Positions 38,150 to 51,907 of a DNA stretch of 64,000 bases are shown here, in pieces. Each line of letters opens with the position of its first letter. Position 1 is the stretch's first letter. The DNA comes from Mobula hypostoma (lineage: Eukaryota). A program made the position numbers and the translations under genes. Location: positions 45,882,001 to 45,946,000 of the forward strand of contig NC_086108.1 in assembly GCF_963921235.1 (NCBI RefSeq), given 5' to 3'. A model generated the notes under the pieces. It saw only the letters and a list, made by a program, of their open reading frames with translations. It was not told the origin of the DNA and searched no databases.

Positions 38150-39000
38150 TTCGGAAACTGAGCTTCAGGAAGGTAGCTTCTGTGCAGAGGTGAGACGGAG
38201 GGTGATGGGTGCTGGGTGGAATCAGATGAGATGATGGACAGGTGGAGGAGGGGAGGGTAGAGATAGAGGGTGACGATGAGGGAGGGATGATGAGCAAATG
38301 GAACCAGATAAAGAGGGAGAAGGGATAGGAAAGGTGAACCAAGGGAGAAGAAGCTCGGGATAAGTATGTGGGTGATGGACATGCTGGGGGGGAGGGGGTG
38401 GAGAGCAGATGGTGTGATGTTTCTTGGTCATGATGAGGAAGTGGAGGGATGAAGAAAGGAACAAAGGAAAAAGGAAACTGGAGTGGACTGGAAGGAGCGG
38501 GGAACAGAGCACAAGGGAGTCGGATTTACTGAAATTAGAAAATTCACTGTTCACACCATCTGGTTGTAAGCTACCCAAGTGGAATACAAGGTGCTGTTCT
38601 TCCAGCCTGTTTAGCCTCATTGTGACAGTGGGGAAGGCGAAAGGGCTGAGGCAATGGGAAAGCCGGGTCGGGTGGGGGGGTTTGGGGGGAGGTTGAATTA
38701 CATGCAACCCATTGGCATCATCATTGAAAGTTTTGAAATTTGAAGATTTTTTACTGTCCCCTACCTCGTTCCACCTTCCCATTAGCCTTCCCTTACCTGG
38801 TACCAACAATCACCTACCAGCCTCTGTCTCATCACTCCTCTGATTTCTATACACGGGCTATATTCCCTCCACGGGCTCAGTCCTAATACACTCAACTCAA
38901 AGTGTCAATCATTCCTTTGCAGAAGCTGCTTGATCTACTGAGTTCTTCCAACATTTATTTCTTGCCTCAAATTCCAGCATATGCAGTCTCTTGAGTGTCC
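38150..39000. mobile_element. Old inverted PLE pair (- arm about 38150-38700, + arm about 38720-39000)
   Basis: Minus strand LEEQHLVFHLGSLQPDGVNSEFSNF (PLE endonuclease C-terminus); + arm ends in TTCCAGCATATGCAG. Confidence 0.7.
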
Positions 39001-39494
39001 AGACCTCTCCAGAATACTGTGGTAACTGAAAGACGGTTGCAAATTAAATGCAAGGATAAAATCAGTCTCACTTACAACAGTGAGTTACTGAACTAGACTG
39101 GGGTGATCCCCAATCACTTCTATTCCAAGGAGGGATTCGAGCCAATTTGTGCAGCCTCTGGTATACTGATGCATATTGGGATCAGGAAGTGCTGCATGCC
39201 TCCAAGCCAGGTGATGGCAGTGCTTACCACGAATCAAATGCTGAGCTCCAACCACTAATTCTCATTGCTGATGTGCTCCCCATTCTTGTCCAGTGTTCTG
39301 CGGTTATATCCAGTCAAAACTTCTAAAATTAAACACTTTAAAATCCCAGTTTTCCTTTTGCCTCTGCCCGTTTGTATATTCAGCATTTACACTAGGAGTG
39401 AAGGTTCAGTGCAGCCAATGGCATTGTATATTTTTGTACCACAGTTAATCCTTATCCTTATCTCTCATCTTAAGACTTCCCTGACACCTACTTA

Positions 39495-40015
39495 GATAAC
39501 AAGACCATTAGACATTGGAGCAAAATTAGGCCATTCAGCCCATCACATCTTCTCTGCCACTCCATCATGGCTGATTTAACATCCCTCTCAACCCCATTCT
39601 CCTCTCTTCTTCCTGTAACCTTTGACGTCCTTTCTCAGACAAGGGCCCCAAAACTGCACACAATACTCCAAATGCATTCTGACCAATAAAGCCTCAGTAT
39701 TACATCCTTTCTTTTTTCCTCAAAATGAACGCTAGCATTACATTTGCCTTCCTTACCACTGACTCAACCCAGACTCCCAAATCCCTTTGCACCTCTGATT
39801 TCTGAATTTTCTGCCTGTTTAGAAAATGGTCTGTGCCTATATTCCTTCTACCAGAGTGCATGACCATACGCTTCCCTAGGTTATATTCCATCTGCCACTT
39901 CTTTTCCCGTTTGCCTAATCTGTCTAATTCCTTCTGCACACTCCGTTTCCTCAAAACTCCTGCCCCTCCACCTATCTTTGTATCACCTGCAAACTTGGCC
40001 ACAAAACCATCAGTG
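39495..40015 (-). mobile_element. CR1 LINE fragment
   Basis: AKFAGDTKIGG...KWQMEYN...VQRDLGV on the minus strand plus a CR1 tail. Confidence 0.82.
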
Positions 40016-41394
40016 CCAGCGATTTTAATTCTACATTGGCAGATTCAAGACATTAACTTGACAAGTTATTTTGTATCACTTACTGAAGTAAAGTGAGTGC
40101 CATTTGATGAAGCAACCTTGGTTAGGGGAATTGATTACATATATGATCAAAGAGATGGTTTTGCTGAGCGTTTGATATGAAAATAGTATACAGTGGATTC
40201 CAAGCTATTAAATTATTGATCGATGACTCTACAGTTTTAAGATGTGGCAGGGGGAGTGGAGAATGCAATGAAGGCCAGAAAGGGGAAAACCACAGGTCAC
40301 ACACTGAATTTATGATTGGAGAAATGTGTAATCTTCAGTAAGCAGTCTGTGTTCAATTTCTTTTGTAGTTTCATTGCAAATAAATCTGTAGTTGCAGTAA
40401 GACCTGAATAACATTTGGGTTTGGGCAAGTGAATAGCAAGACTCTGGTCTGACCTTCAACTCATGAGATCTGAAATAGGGAGCTAAAGAAGTTAGAAAAT
40501 CTGGGCATGGTAAACTTGTTACAGGGTAGGATGATCTTGAGTTTGTGGTGAGCAGGTCATGGGTGAAGAGAGTAAGGCAATTTTGCAGTCTCTTGTGCGT
40601 TAAAAAGGCCAGTTGGGAACAATGTGCCTACTTTGAACAGACTAGAATTCGCCAGTTATTATTTCATCTATCCAGTCTTGTCTCAACTTAAAAAGGATTT
40701 TACTTTTAAAAATTTAATCTTGTTTTCAAATTCCTTTCTGACCCCCTCCCTCCCTAGCCTTGAAAAGATGTATGCACCTCTGGAAAGGAGAACACAGCCC
40801 CAAGATCTAAATTCTTAAATTCACTCCTTAAACCTGATTCCTTCCCACTGATTCTAACTAAAAAGGAATTTTATTTTATTTTGATATCTGAGATTTGGAA
40901 ACTTAACAGAATGTTGAATTTTGAGTTGTCCTTACTGTAATGCTACTGTGACACTGTAATTTCCTTTGGGATCAATAAAGTGTCTATCTAATGTAAATAT
41001 TTTGTACATATTTCCACTTTCTCTTGTCCTATAAACAGAACTTACCTTCAGGAGTATGTGTTTTTCTATTCACTGCCTCCTTTCGATACCTAGGTCTTCT
41101 GATCGCCCACTAAAACCTGGTGTGGTGCTATGTAATTAGATTTTCCTCATAAAGAATGCGGCGACCAGTCACACAAGATCAGACCAGCATTACACAGGTG
41201 TTAATTGAACAATTTCATCCTTCAGGAAACATCTTATGACTTGTTTTCTTTTACCAGGTTATTACTTGTTTGAGCTCTGGCTTCCTTGTGGTTTAGTTAC
41301 AAATTTTGTTTCATAATGTGGCTGTGAAACAAGTGGGACTTATTTTTTATTTGTCAGTCTGGGCATCACTGGCAAGAACAGCATTTATTGCCTT

Positions 41395-41660
41395 TCACCA
41401 ATAGATTTCCCGGCTCCTTACTTCATCTCTCCCCCCCCACCTCCCCACCTCCCACTTCCCGGTTTCACCTGTCACCTGCTACCTTGTACTTCTTCCTCCC
41501 CTTCTTACTTTGACTCATCTATTTTCTACAGTTCTGATGAAGGGTCTTGGCCTGAAATGCCGACTGTACTTTTTTCCATAGATGCTGCCTGGCCTGCTGA
41601 GTTACTCCAGCATTTTGTGTGTGTTGCTCGGATTTCCAGCATCCGCAGATTTTCTCTTGT
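41395..41660 (+). mobile_element. PLE 3' end with degenerate hammerhead (41530-41565)
   Basis: AGTTCTGATGAAGGGTCTTGGCCTGAAATGCCGACT...TTTCCAGCATCCGCAG. Confidence 0.8.
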
Positions 41661-43327
41661 GTATTACCCATCCTTGACTGACCGTGAGAAAGTGTTGAGC
41701 CAGTGCCTTGAGCTACTTCTCCTGATGAAGGTGTCCCCACAGTCCGCGTGGATGGAGCTCCAAGATTTAGACTCAGTGACAGTGAGGAAATGACATTATA
41801 GTTCCAAGTCAAGATGGAGTGTGCTAGGATACAAAACTACAGGGGTTAGAGGTCAGAATTTTGAGAGGTGTTGTTGGAATAGCCTGATGAGTAACAGTGT
41901 ACTTTGAACACACTGTAAGTTAGTGTGGGACGAAATAAATGTTTAGGATGATTAATGGGGTGCCAATCCACTGAACTGCTTTGTCCCAGATAGTGTTAAG
42001 CATCTTGAGACTTGTTTGCACTAATTTATCGGACTCCTGACTTGTGCTATGTATAGCAGATGGTGGTGAGCTCTCGTGGTGTCAGCGTACAAGTCATTTT
42101 CTGCCAGATATCCAGCCTTGGAAATTTTTCCAGCAGCCATAACTCTCATGTGGTATATCCAGCTATGTTTCCGATCGGTGATAATCCTCAGTATATTGAT
42201 GGTGTATGTGATGATGATGATGATAATGACTAATGATTGTAATATGGTAATGAAAAACAAACAGAATGTGAGGAGAATGAGCCCATGTTTATAATAGTCA
42301 GTTAATGGAAAACCTGTTTAAGCTCTTTTAGATTATGGCAGATCACTGTCATTTTTTAAGAAAAGTCTTGCTCCTGCCTTTGGTGTTGACTACAGTCACC
42401 AGACACTTGTCTAATGTTTCCATGGTGACTGGAAGTCTGGGCCACTGGCAGAGCTCGCTGTTGAGCTGAGTGACCACAAGTATTTGATGAAAGTGGGAGT
42501 ACTGCAAAAACTACCATTTGACATGCTTCTGGTGAGTAATAGGGTCTGCTAGGAGATCACACTGGACAAGAATAAGTACAGAGCTATTACTGTAGATATC
42601 ATTTTGTGGATATTGAGATTTTTTTCACTATTTTCACTAATTTTAAGTTTGATATTTGATGCACCTAATAAAGATCTTTGCACTAAAGTGCTAAGCGACT
42701 CCAATCGTGTTGTCTTGGTAAAGTTAAAGGTCATAACCCATGTTTTTAACATATGATGGCGGCAGTGGGACGGCCAGTCACAAAGGGATGTGTTTTAGTG
42801 GTGATGGTGTCTCATCAGTAATGTATCCTGTATTTTGATGGGATGCATTTAAAAGGAATGCCATTTTTGCAAAGACATTCTGTGGAAAATGACCCTTTAT
42901 TTGCATGGGGCTCAATAAAAGGAGTGGTATTTCTTGCAAATGGTATAATTTTAATGCCCCAGCTGCTTGTGTGCTGCTCAGTTTTGAAAAGGGAGGCAGA
43001 AGAGAGAAAGAGCAACTAGTGTCTTTCTGAAGCAAAATAGAAATTGCTGGAAGAACTCCGTGGGTCAAGCAGCATCTGTGGAGGCAAGAGGGTACCAGGC
43101 AGGTTGAGGCCATGTATCTGTGATGGACACTGTTCTACTCTAAAACCCTAATTTCCAGCTCAGAATGTACTCTTGCAGCATTTCACAGGGGTCCAACAAC
43201 TTGTTTGTTAGTAAAGTACTTGCAGTGCATGTTATGTTGCCTGTGGCATATGGCAATATAAACAGAGCTGACAATTGTGGTTTATTTTCTCTCAGTTCCT
43301 CAAGTAAATTTCTCATTCTCTTGATAG

Positions 43328-43499
43328 GTCAAAGCCCTTCTGTTCTCTTCACAAACAGCCATGATATCAGAATGATTAATTTGTTGAAGAAAGAATACAC
43401 TCGTCTTGTCTCCACATTAAAGAATGCAGTCTCCCTAGATGTGGATGTTGAAGAAAATAAAATATATTGGATCGACCTGTACTACAAAGTGATCTATAG
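43328..43499 (+). CDS. LRP8: LRP8 exon, beta-propeller part 1, 172 nt
   Basis: gatag|GTCAA...TATAG|gtaaat; GQSPSVLFTNSHDIRMINLLKKEY...KIYWIDLYYKVIY. Confidence 0.93.
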
Positions 43500-43610
43500 G
43501 TAAATGACTTCTTTTTTTATATAATGATTGTCAGAATCTGAATCGAAGTTTAGTATCACCGGCATATGTGATGAAATTTCTTGTTTTGCCACATCCGTAT
43601 ATTGCAATAT

Positions 43611-44083
43611 TGGATGTCAGGTCACTGGTCTGAGTGCTACTGGTACCATGTAACCCAGTACTACCTGTTGCATGGTTGGGTGGTCGGCGACTAAACCGGT
43701 TCCCCCACCAGGCTTGCCTGGTGAGGAGGGTGGCTAAACACCCTGCAGGACGAGAAACAAGACCTGTCAAAGGGCGGATGAACCCTCTCGGAGGGTCAAC
43801 GGCCATTGAGCAAACACGTGCCGTGAAGCGCGGAAAGGGCATCCCTTGCATCAAAGCTTGGTCTGGCCACTCACTGCAACAGAACTTCCCCCAGCCATCT
43901 TGGACCCCACCATGCTGCTGGATCCGGGAGGGGATGTGGAGAGGGTGGGTCTGGACCTGTGCAACCCCCTACTTACCTAAAATCTATTCACGCACACGCT
44001 GTTCCTTTCTGAGAGTGGGGTCAACCCCACTAACTGACTGAAAGGAACCATCATCATCCTATGGGATGGATAGCCAGAGAGAG
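43611..44083 (+). mobile_element. 473-bp SINE-like retroposon with 12-bp TSD
   Basis: Flanked by ATATTGCAATAT (43599-43610 / 44084-44095); ends in (CAT)n and (AG)n simple repeats. Confidence 0.75.
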
Positions 44084-44148
44084 ATATTGCAATATGTAAT
44101 AATAAAACACTGTACATTGCATAAAGATGTGTGTATGTATATATATAA

Positions 44149-44690
44149 TCTGAGGTCCCCTAATCTGAGGAAAGACATTCTTGCCATAGAGGGAGTACAA
44201 AGAAGGTTCACCAGATTGATTCCTGGGATGGCAGGACTTTCATATGATGAAAGACTGGACTGACTAGGCTTATACTCACTGGAATTTAGAAGATTGAGGG
44301 GAGATCTTATTGAAACGTATAAATTCCTAAAGGGATTGGACAGGCTAGATGCAGGAAGATTGTTCCCGATGTTGGGGAAGTCTAGAACGAAGTGTCACAG
44401 TTTAAGGATAAAGGGGAAACCTTTTAGGACCGAGATGAGGAAAAACTTCTTCACACAGAGGGTGGTGAATCTGTGGAATTCTCTGCCACAGGAAACAGTT
44501 GAGGCCAGTTCATTGGCTATATTTAAGAGGGAGTTAGATATGGCCCTTGTGGCTAAAGGGATCAGGAGGTATGGAGGGAAGGCTGGTACAGGGTTCTGAG
44601 TTGGATGATTAGCCATGATCATACTGAATGGCGGTGCAGGCTCGAAGGGCTGAATGGTCTATTCCTGCACCTATTTTCTGTGTTTCTATA
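44149..44690 (+). mobile_element. CR1 LINE 3' end, relatively well preserved
   Basis: LRKDILAIEGVQRRFTRLIPGMAGLSY...RGDLIETYK...FFTQRVVNLWNSLP; tail CCTATTTTCTGTGTTTCTA. Confidence 0.9.
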
Positions 44691-46859
44691 AATATAAAAT
44701 AAATTATATAGTGCAAAAAGAGAGCAAAAAAAAGTGAGGTACATAGTGTGTTCATGGGTTCATTGTCCATTCAGAAATTTGATGGTGGAGGGGAAGAAGC
44801 TGTTCCTGAAACATTGAGTGTGTGGCTCTGTACTTACTCCTTGATGGTCACAAGGAGAAGAGGGGATGTCCTCGATGATGGATGCCACCTTTTGAAAGTA
44901 TCCTCGACGCTGGAGAGGCCAATGCCCATTATGGAGCTGGCTGAGTTTACAACTATCTGCAGCCTTTTCCGATCGTGCAGTGCCCCACCCACCACCCACC
45001 ACCCCCCAGACCAGATGGTGGTGCGGCCAGTTAGAATCTCTCCTCGGTACATCTGCAGAAATTTGCGAGCGTCGCCGATGACATGCCAGGTCATCACAAG
45101 CCTATAATGAAATATAGCTGCTGTTGTGCCTTCATTGTAATTGCATCAATATGTTGGGCCCAGGATAGATCTTCAGAGATGTTGACACCCTGGAACTTGA
45201 AACTGCTCACCCTTTCCGCTGCTGATTCCTTGATGAGGACTGGTGTGTGTTCTTTGGATTTTGCTTTCCTGAAGTCCACAATCAATTCCTTGGACTTACT
45301 GACATTGAGTTCAAGGCTGTTGTTGCAACACCACTCAACCGACTGATGTATCTCGCTCTGGTCCTGTATATCATATTCAGAACATAGAGAAATATTTTGC
45401 AGCATTGTGTGCATGCATTATTAGGCTAGTGATGCAACCTGTTAAACTGCTGGATAAAGCTACCTTATCTCTTGGGTACTTTCAACATATTTTTCCACCT
45501 AGACAAGTCATTGTATTCTACTTGACTGTTCCATTAAAGTGAAGTACGTTCTCTTGTGTCAGGTAGACATTACATCCCAGTATTATTTTAAAAGGGAAAT
45601 TTTGCTTTGTAACCTGGGAATTTTGTTGTATACGTTAGCTGTTGTATTTTTTACATTCTGAATCTTTAGCTGCAAAACATGTTCTGAAAGAGGCATTAAA
45701 GGTGTTTAATGTCTACCAGGTTGTATCTGGGAAAGGGATTTCCCTTTACTGATTTGGAATTCTATTTTATACCTTAACTGCCAAGTTAACAGTGAGATTG
45801 ATTCTCATTTTACACTGATCCTAAGTGATATGGTGCCTTAAATATTTTAATTATTCTTTCCATTTGGGGACTGGAGGGCTGATGATAATGCGCGATACGC
45901 TATGTCATGTGGGTATAGTAGGCTGCAAAGGAATAATTCTGACTTTTATATTCTGTATCTTGAATGATCTACTCAACATGCATCACTGAAATTCTTGTTC
46001 CTCTCCATGCCTTGTGGCGCATCGGGTGGCAACCTTACTGTTTCTTTAGCACTTTGTCTTGTTTTTTTTTAACGAGGCTGAGTTGCTAGATCGAAGCTCA
46101 ACCCAGCAGAGGTGAAAAGTGAGAAAGTAGCCAGCCAGATTCGAACCTGGGGAACATTTGCCTCAAAGTCTAGTGTGAGTGCCAGTACACCACCAGCTGG
46201 CTAGACATAGAAAGACTGGGATGAAATTACAGAGAATAATATTAACACCATCTCTTAGATTGTCAGTATGTTTTAAGGTATAAAAACAGAAGACAGTAGG
46301 TTAAGGGGAGAGGGGAAAGATTTAAAGGGAACCCTAGTGGTATGTTTTTCACAGAGGGCTTAGGGTATATGGCATTAGGAGCCAGAGAAAGTGATAGTGG
46401 CAGGTACAATTACGACACTTAGAAGACATTTGGACGGTACATGGAAATGCAGGCATCTGGGACTAACTCAGGAATACACCTTGGTCAGCACGGACAAATT
46501 GGGCCAAGGGACCTTTTTCAATGCCAACAGTTTCAATATTTCAGTGTATTTGATAAATATTGTGCAAAAATCGTGACGTTACTTCATAAGATGGTAGTCA
46601 GCAGCCATAAGTGATTTCCATCAGAGTGAATAGATAGTATGCAGGTGAAGCAGGAATTTCAATCTGTTGTCCCAAATATCTTATGTCCATTATCATTAAC
46701 CTCTCACTCATAACTACATTCCCAGTCTCTGAAATTATTCAACGTCATTGGTCACATATTTAAAATCAGTTCAGAAATAGAGCATAAATACTCCAATTCC
46801 CCTTTGCCTTACATTGGACAACACTAAGTGAAGCTTTTGTTACCCGATCTGTTTTGCAG

Positions 46860-47087
46860 TGCACCTTTGGATAAAGGTAGTGATTCTGGCCAACATATCC
46901 GTCTGATTGACCAAGACCTCCAAATTCCTGAATGCCTAGCAATAGACTGGATTCACAAAAATATATATTGGACAGACTCTGGCTCCAGCTCTATCTCTGT
47001 GGCCACCACAGATGGAACCAAAAGGAAGACGCTTATCAATACCGAGCTTGAGAATCCCCGAGCCATCGCAGTTGACCCAGTTCGAGG
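46860..47087 (+). CDS. LRP8: LRP8 exon, beta-propeller part 2, 228 nt
   Basis: tgcag|TGCAC...CGAGG|gtaagt; APLDKGSD...[16 protein letters not shown]...[11 protein letters not shown]. Confidence 0.95.
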
Positions 47088-47171
47088 GTAAGTAATGGTA
47101 AAGCTGTTAATTCCATCTTTATCTTACCACTGTTCTTGTTCTCTCATACCTTTTGACTCTTGTTTAATCAG

Positions 47172-47290
47172 GTTCATGTATTGGTCTGACTGGGGCAGCC
47201 CTGCAAAGATCGAGAAAGCTGGACTAAATGGGGTTGATCGTCAGTCTCTAGTCAAGGAGAATATTGAATGGCCAAATGGAATCACATTAG
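47172..47290 (+). CDS. LRP8: LRP8 exon, beta-propeller part 3, 119 nt
   Basis: atcag|GTTCA...TTAG|gtaggt; [39 protein letters not shown]. Confidence 0.95.
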
Positions 47291-47699
47291 GTAGGTGGTA
47301 CCACAGCAATATTTTACATTTTGGTGAAATTATGGGGATAAGGCAGGAACTGGATACTGCTAGTAGATGATCAGCCATGATCACAGGGAATGGCCTACTC
47401 CTGCACCTATTGTCTATTGAAAAGCAAAGATAAGTCTCAACAATTCATAATCTACATTGAATGAGTTTTCACATGACCCAAAAATTAAGGATGCAAATAG
47501 GTTCAAGAGGATGTAGACAAAATAGATGATTGTACGATTTCTATCATGTTGCGCGATTCAGGAACATTGTAGAAAATTCAGTGGAGAGAAATTAAAAATG
47601 TTGAATTGAAAAATGTTCATAGGGACTTGGATATTCTTGTACACAATTTACTGAAAATAAATGTACAGCCACAGCAAGTGGTTAGGATGACAAATAGTA

Positions 47700-49160
47700 T
47701 AAGACCATAAGACATAGGAGCAGAATTAGGCTATTTGGCCCATTGAGTTTGCTCCACCATTCAATCATGGTTGGTCCTTTTTTTTTCTCATCCTCAGCCC
47801 TATTTCCTGGCCTTCTCCCCGTAACCTTTGATGCCATGTCCAATCAAGAACCAATCAATCTTTGCTTTAAATACGCCCAACGACCTGGCCTCCACAGCTG
47901 TATGTGGCAACAAATTCCACAGATTCACCACCCTCTGGCTAAAGAAATTTCTCCGCGCCTCTGTTTTGAATGGACGCCTTTCTATCCTGAGGTTATGCCC
48001 TCTTGTCCTAGACTCTCCCACCATGGGAAACACCCTTTCCACATCTACTCTGTCTAGGCCTTTCAACATTCGAAAGGTTTCAGTGAGATCCCCCCTCATC
48101 CTTCTGAATTCCAGCGAGTACAGACCCAGAGCCATCAAATGTTCCTCAAATGAAAACCCTTTCATTCCTGGAATCATCCTTGTGAACCCCCTCTGGACCC
48201 TCTCCAATGCCAGCACATCAGCACAAGATGAGGAGCCCAAAACTGTCCACAATACTCTAGGTGAGGCCTTACCAGTGCCTGATGAAGCCTCAGCATCGCA
48301 TCCCTGCTCTTGTATTCTAGGCCTCTTGAAATGAATGCTAACATTGCATTTGCCTTCCTCAACACTGACTCAACCTACAAGTTAACCTTCAGGGTGTTCT
48401 GCACAAGGTCCTCCAAGTCCTTTTGCATCCTGGATTTTTGGATTTTCTTCCCGTTTAGAAAATGGTCCACATACTTATTTCTACTACTGAAGTGCATGTC
48501 CATGCATTTTCTAACATTGTATTTCATTTGCCACTTTCTTGCCTATTCTCCTAATCTGTCTCAGTCCTTCTGCAGCCTTCCTGTTTCCTCAGCACTACCT
48601 GCCTCTCCGCCATTAATCATATTATCTGCAAACCTGGCAACAAAGCCATCTATTTCATCATTTAAATCATTGATATACAGCATAAAAAGAAGCGGTCCCA
48701 ACACCGACCCCTGCAGAACACCTCTAGTCACTGGCAGTGAACCAGACACGGATCCTTTTATTCCCACTCGCTGCCTCCTTCCAATCAGCTAATGCTTTAA
48801 CCATGTTAGTAACTTTCCTGTAATACCATGGGCTCTTAACTTGGTAAGCAGCCTCATGTGTAGCACCTTGTCAGAGGCCTTCTGAGAGTCCAAATATACG
48901 ACATACTGCATCCCCTTTATCTATCCTACTTGTAATCTTCTCAAAGAAATTCAACCGGTTCAACAGGCAGGATTTTCCCTGAAGGAAACCATGCTGACTT
49001 TGTACCATCTTGTCCTGTGTCACCAAGTATTTCATCACCTCATCCTTAACAATTGACTCGAACATCTTCCCAACCACTGAGGTCAGGTTAGCTGGTCTAT
49101 AATTTCCTTTCCGCTGCCTTCCTCCTTTCTAGGAGTGGAGTGACATTTGCAATTTTCCTT
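47700..49160 (-). mobile_element. CR1 LINE, RT and 3' end
   Basis: Minus strand SQHGFLQGKSCL, QGSVLGPLLFMLYINDL...FAD, LVRPHLEYC, FSQRVVNLWN. Confidence 0.92.
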
Positions 49161-49911
49161 AAGCTCCCTAATTGCCTCCGGTTCATCACATAACACCCAA
49201 TCCAGTTTAACTGATCCTAGTATGGTATACTTCACTGCAAAATGATTGAGTAGAAAATTAAGTATGTCTCTGCACTTCAGTAGGATGTTGGTAAGAGATA
49301 CCTGGAAGCTTTGTGCAGCTTTGAAGAAATATATAGGTATAATAAATAGAGTGATTCAGAGATTCTCCATACTATATCCTGGGATGGTTGGCCTGCATGT
49401 GAGGAGAGATTGAGTAGACTAGGCCTCTGTTCAAAAAATGAAATGACTGCATAGAAATGTACAAAATTCTGAGAGAGCTTATCGGGATAAATACAGGAAG
49501 GGTGTTTACACTAGCTAAGGAGCTTTGAACTGTTACATCTCAAAATAAAGGGCAGGCCGATTAAGACTGAAACAAGGAGGAACTGTTGTCCACCTAAAAG
49601 GTTAGTTAATATTTAGGACTGTCCATGCAGACTTGTGCAGAGCTCAGTCATTAAATTCAAAATAGTAAACAATAGATTCCTAGACTTGTAAAAACTAACA
49701 AAGTTAGATTCGTAGATAATCTGAAGAAACTTGAGACATACTGAATTGTGTACATAGTGGGCATTTAATCTGAGGTTATCTATTCTATATCAAAAGCTGG
49801 GTAATATTTTTTCCAATATTCGTTATTAAATTTCGGATTGAAAATAGCTCTAAGTGCTGTCGAAAGGAGCTGAGAAATCTGTAGTAACTGGAGGATGGTA
49901 TCTACTTGTAG

Positions 49912-50051
49912 ATTTACTGAACCAACGGTTGTATTGGGTTGACTCCAAACTGCACCAGCTGTCCAGCGTTGACCTGAATGGTGGCAACAGAAAAACATTG
50001 CTGTTCTCAGAAGAATACTTGACTCACCCATCTGCACTTGCTGTGTTTGAG
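49912..50051 (+). CDS. LRP8: LRP8 exon, beta-propeller part 4, 140 nt
   Basis: tgtag|ATTTA...TTTGAG|gtaaaa; [31 protein letters not shown]...LAVFE. Confidence 0.95.
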
Positions 50052-50324
50052 GTAAAACTTGTACCTTCTGTGTCATTTTAATCTCGTAGCTAGCATCAAA
50101 GCCGAAAGATCACTAGTTTATTTTCTTTAATCTTCATTCAATACCAAAGCACAGTATTTTTGAATTGGACTTTGCTTATATGTTGTCAGTTTCTTTAGGC
50201 CTTACCGGGTTTAAATATAATTACAGCTCACACAGATTTGCTGTAATTCTGATCAGCAGGACTTTAGCCAACGGAAGTAATGGACTTTATTCAGTCTTGT
50301 CTGATTGCCCCACTGGCAATCAAC

Positions 50325-51170
50325 ACTGGTGCACCTCAAGGATGTGTGCCCAGCACACTGCCCTACTCTCTCTACTCGTGAGTGTGTGGCCTGGCCCAGC
50401 TCAGTGCCATCTATCCATTTACTGATGGCACAACTATTACCAGAATTTCAAATGGTGACAAGGAAGGAGGTGTTCAGGAGTGAGGTGGATCACCTAGTTG
50501 AGTGGTGCCACAACAACAACTTTGCATTTAACATCAGTAAGAACAAGGAATTGCTTGAGGCCTTTAGGAAAGGGAAGCCTAGGGAGCTCACACCAGTCCT
50601 TATCGAGGGATCAGCAGTGGAAAGGGTGAACCGTTTCAAATTTTTGGATGTCCAGATCTCTGAAGATCAATCCGGGATGAACATATTGATGCAATTATTA
50701 AGAAGGAATGACGCGTCTATATTTCATTCGAAGTTTGAGGAAACTTACTATGTCATCAAAGACTCTAGCAAATTTCTACAAATGTACAGTACAGAGCATT
50801 CTAACTGGTTGTATCATTGTCTGGTATGGAGTGGCCAGTGCACAGGATTAGAAAAAGCTGCAGAAAGTTGCAAACTCACCAGGCTCTATCATGGGCACGA
50901 GCCTTTCCAGCATCAGGGACATCTTCAAAAGGCGATGCCTCAGAAAGGTAGTGTCCATCATTAAGGACCCCATCACCCAGGACGTGCCTTCTTCTCATTG
51001 CTACCATCGAGGAGGGAGAGGAGACTGAAGAGAGACACTCGATGTTTAAGGAACAGTTTCTTCCCTTCTGCCATTAGATTTCTGAATGGACAATGAGCCC
51101 ATGAACACTGCCTCAGTATTTGTTTTTCTTTTCACGTCATATGCCAGTAATATCAATCCTGATTCCAGAT
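50325..51170 (+). mobile_element. Rex1-like LINE 3' fragment
   Basis: LVEWCHNNNFAFNISKNKELLEAFRKGK...AVERVNRFKFL; tail AATATCAATCCTGATT. Confidence 0.8.
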
Positions 51171-51907
51171 TTTAGTTTCTCTGTCCATCTTTTCCTATCT
51201 GTAAGATAATGACTGGCTGAGGATTTCAGTAAGGTTTCAGAATTTCATTAGTATTGTTGAGAGTTTCACAGTGTAGCCAAATCCTCTCCTCTGCTGTTTG
51301 GAGGGGTACAGTTTGAAGCAAGTGACACTTGATAGGTTGACAGGTTTTCCTGCTTGGTTCCTATTTCTTCCTATCTTCGATTCAAAGACAGTTTTTAAGA
51401 GCCACAATGTCTTGGGTTTTTACTTTGGTTACTATATTGGCTGTTTTAATTTTGCATCATGATCTGGTGATGTGGTTTTCTGATTCTAGAACAATATTTT
51501 TATTTGTGCTGTTTTTGCATATCTCAAAATAATAGCAGTTCATAACCGGGATCAACATTGAAACAATTCTAATTTAAAGTTATGCTTGGCGCAGCATTTG
51601 AATTGCATTTGAAATGCGAATGCAAGATGTAACTGCTGCAGTTGGTGGCCCGAAGATCACAAGGATTCTGCACGGTTTGATCTTTCAACCTTTCAGATCA
51701 ATGTAGTGGAAGGTGTTAATATTAAAGAGAGAGAATAAACTACAGCCACTAGTTATTAGTGAGGGAACGCACCTCAGCATTGCAGATGACTGGAGCAACA
51801 TTGTACGAGATCCAAGAAAAACGTGCCAATATTGAAACGTGTTTGATGTTTCGTTCCCATGCTCACTTATTTTGACTGCTTTTTACTACATCACCTTTCT
51901 GTTACAG

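Larger units (their letters stand above)
43531..45360 (-). mobile_element. Rex1-like LINE 3' part, interrupted by a SINE-like insert and a CR1
   Basis: Minus strand WCCNNSLELNVSKSKELIVDFRK...[12 protein letters not shown]; tail TCAGAATCTGAATC at 43531. Confidence 0.8.

Noticed and set aside
43670..43745. HDV-like ribozyme in the SINE-like insert
   Set aside because: A CUAA segment and pairing elements exist, but I could not fit the nested double pseudoknot (P1, P1.1, L3 consensus).
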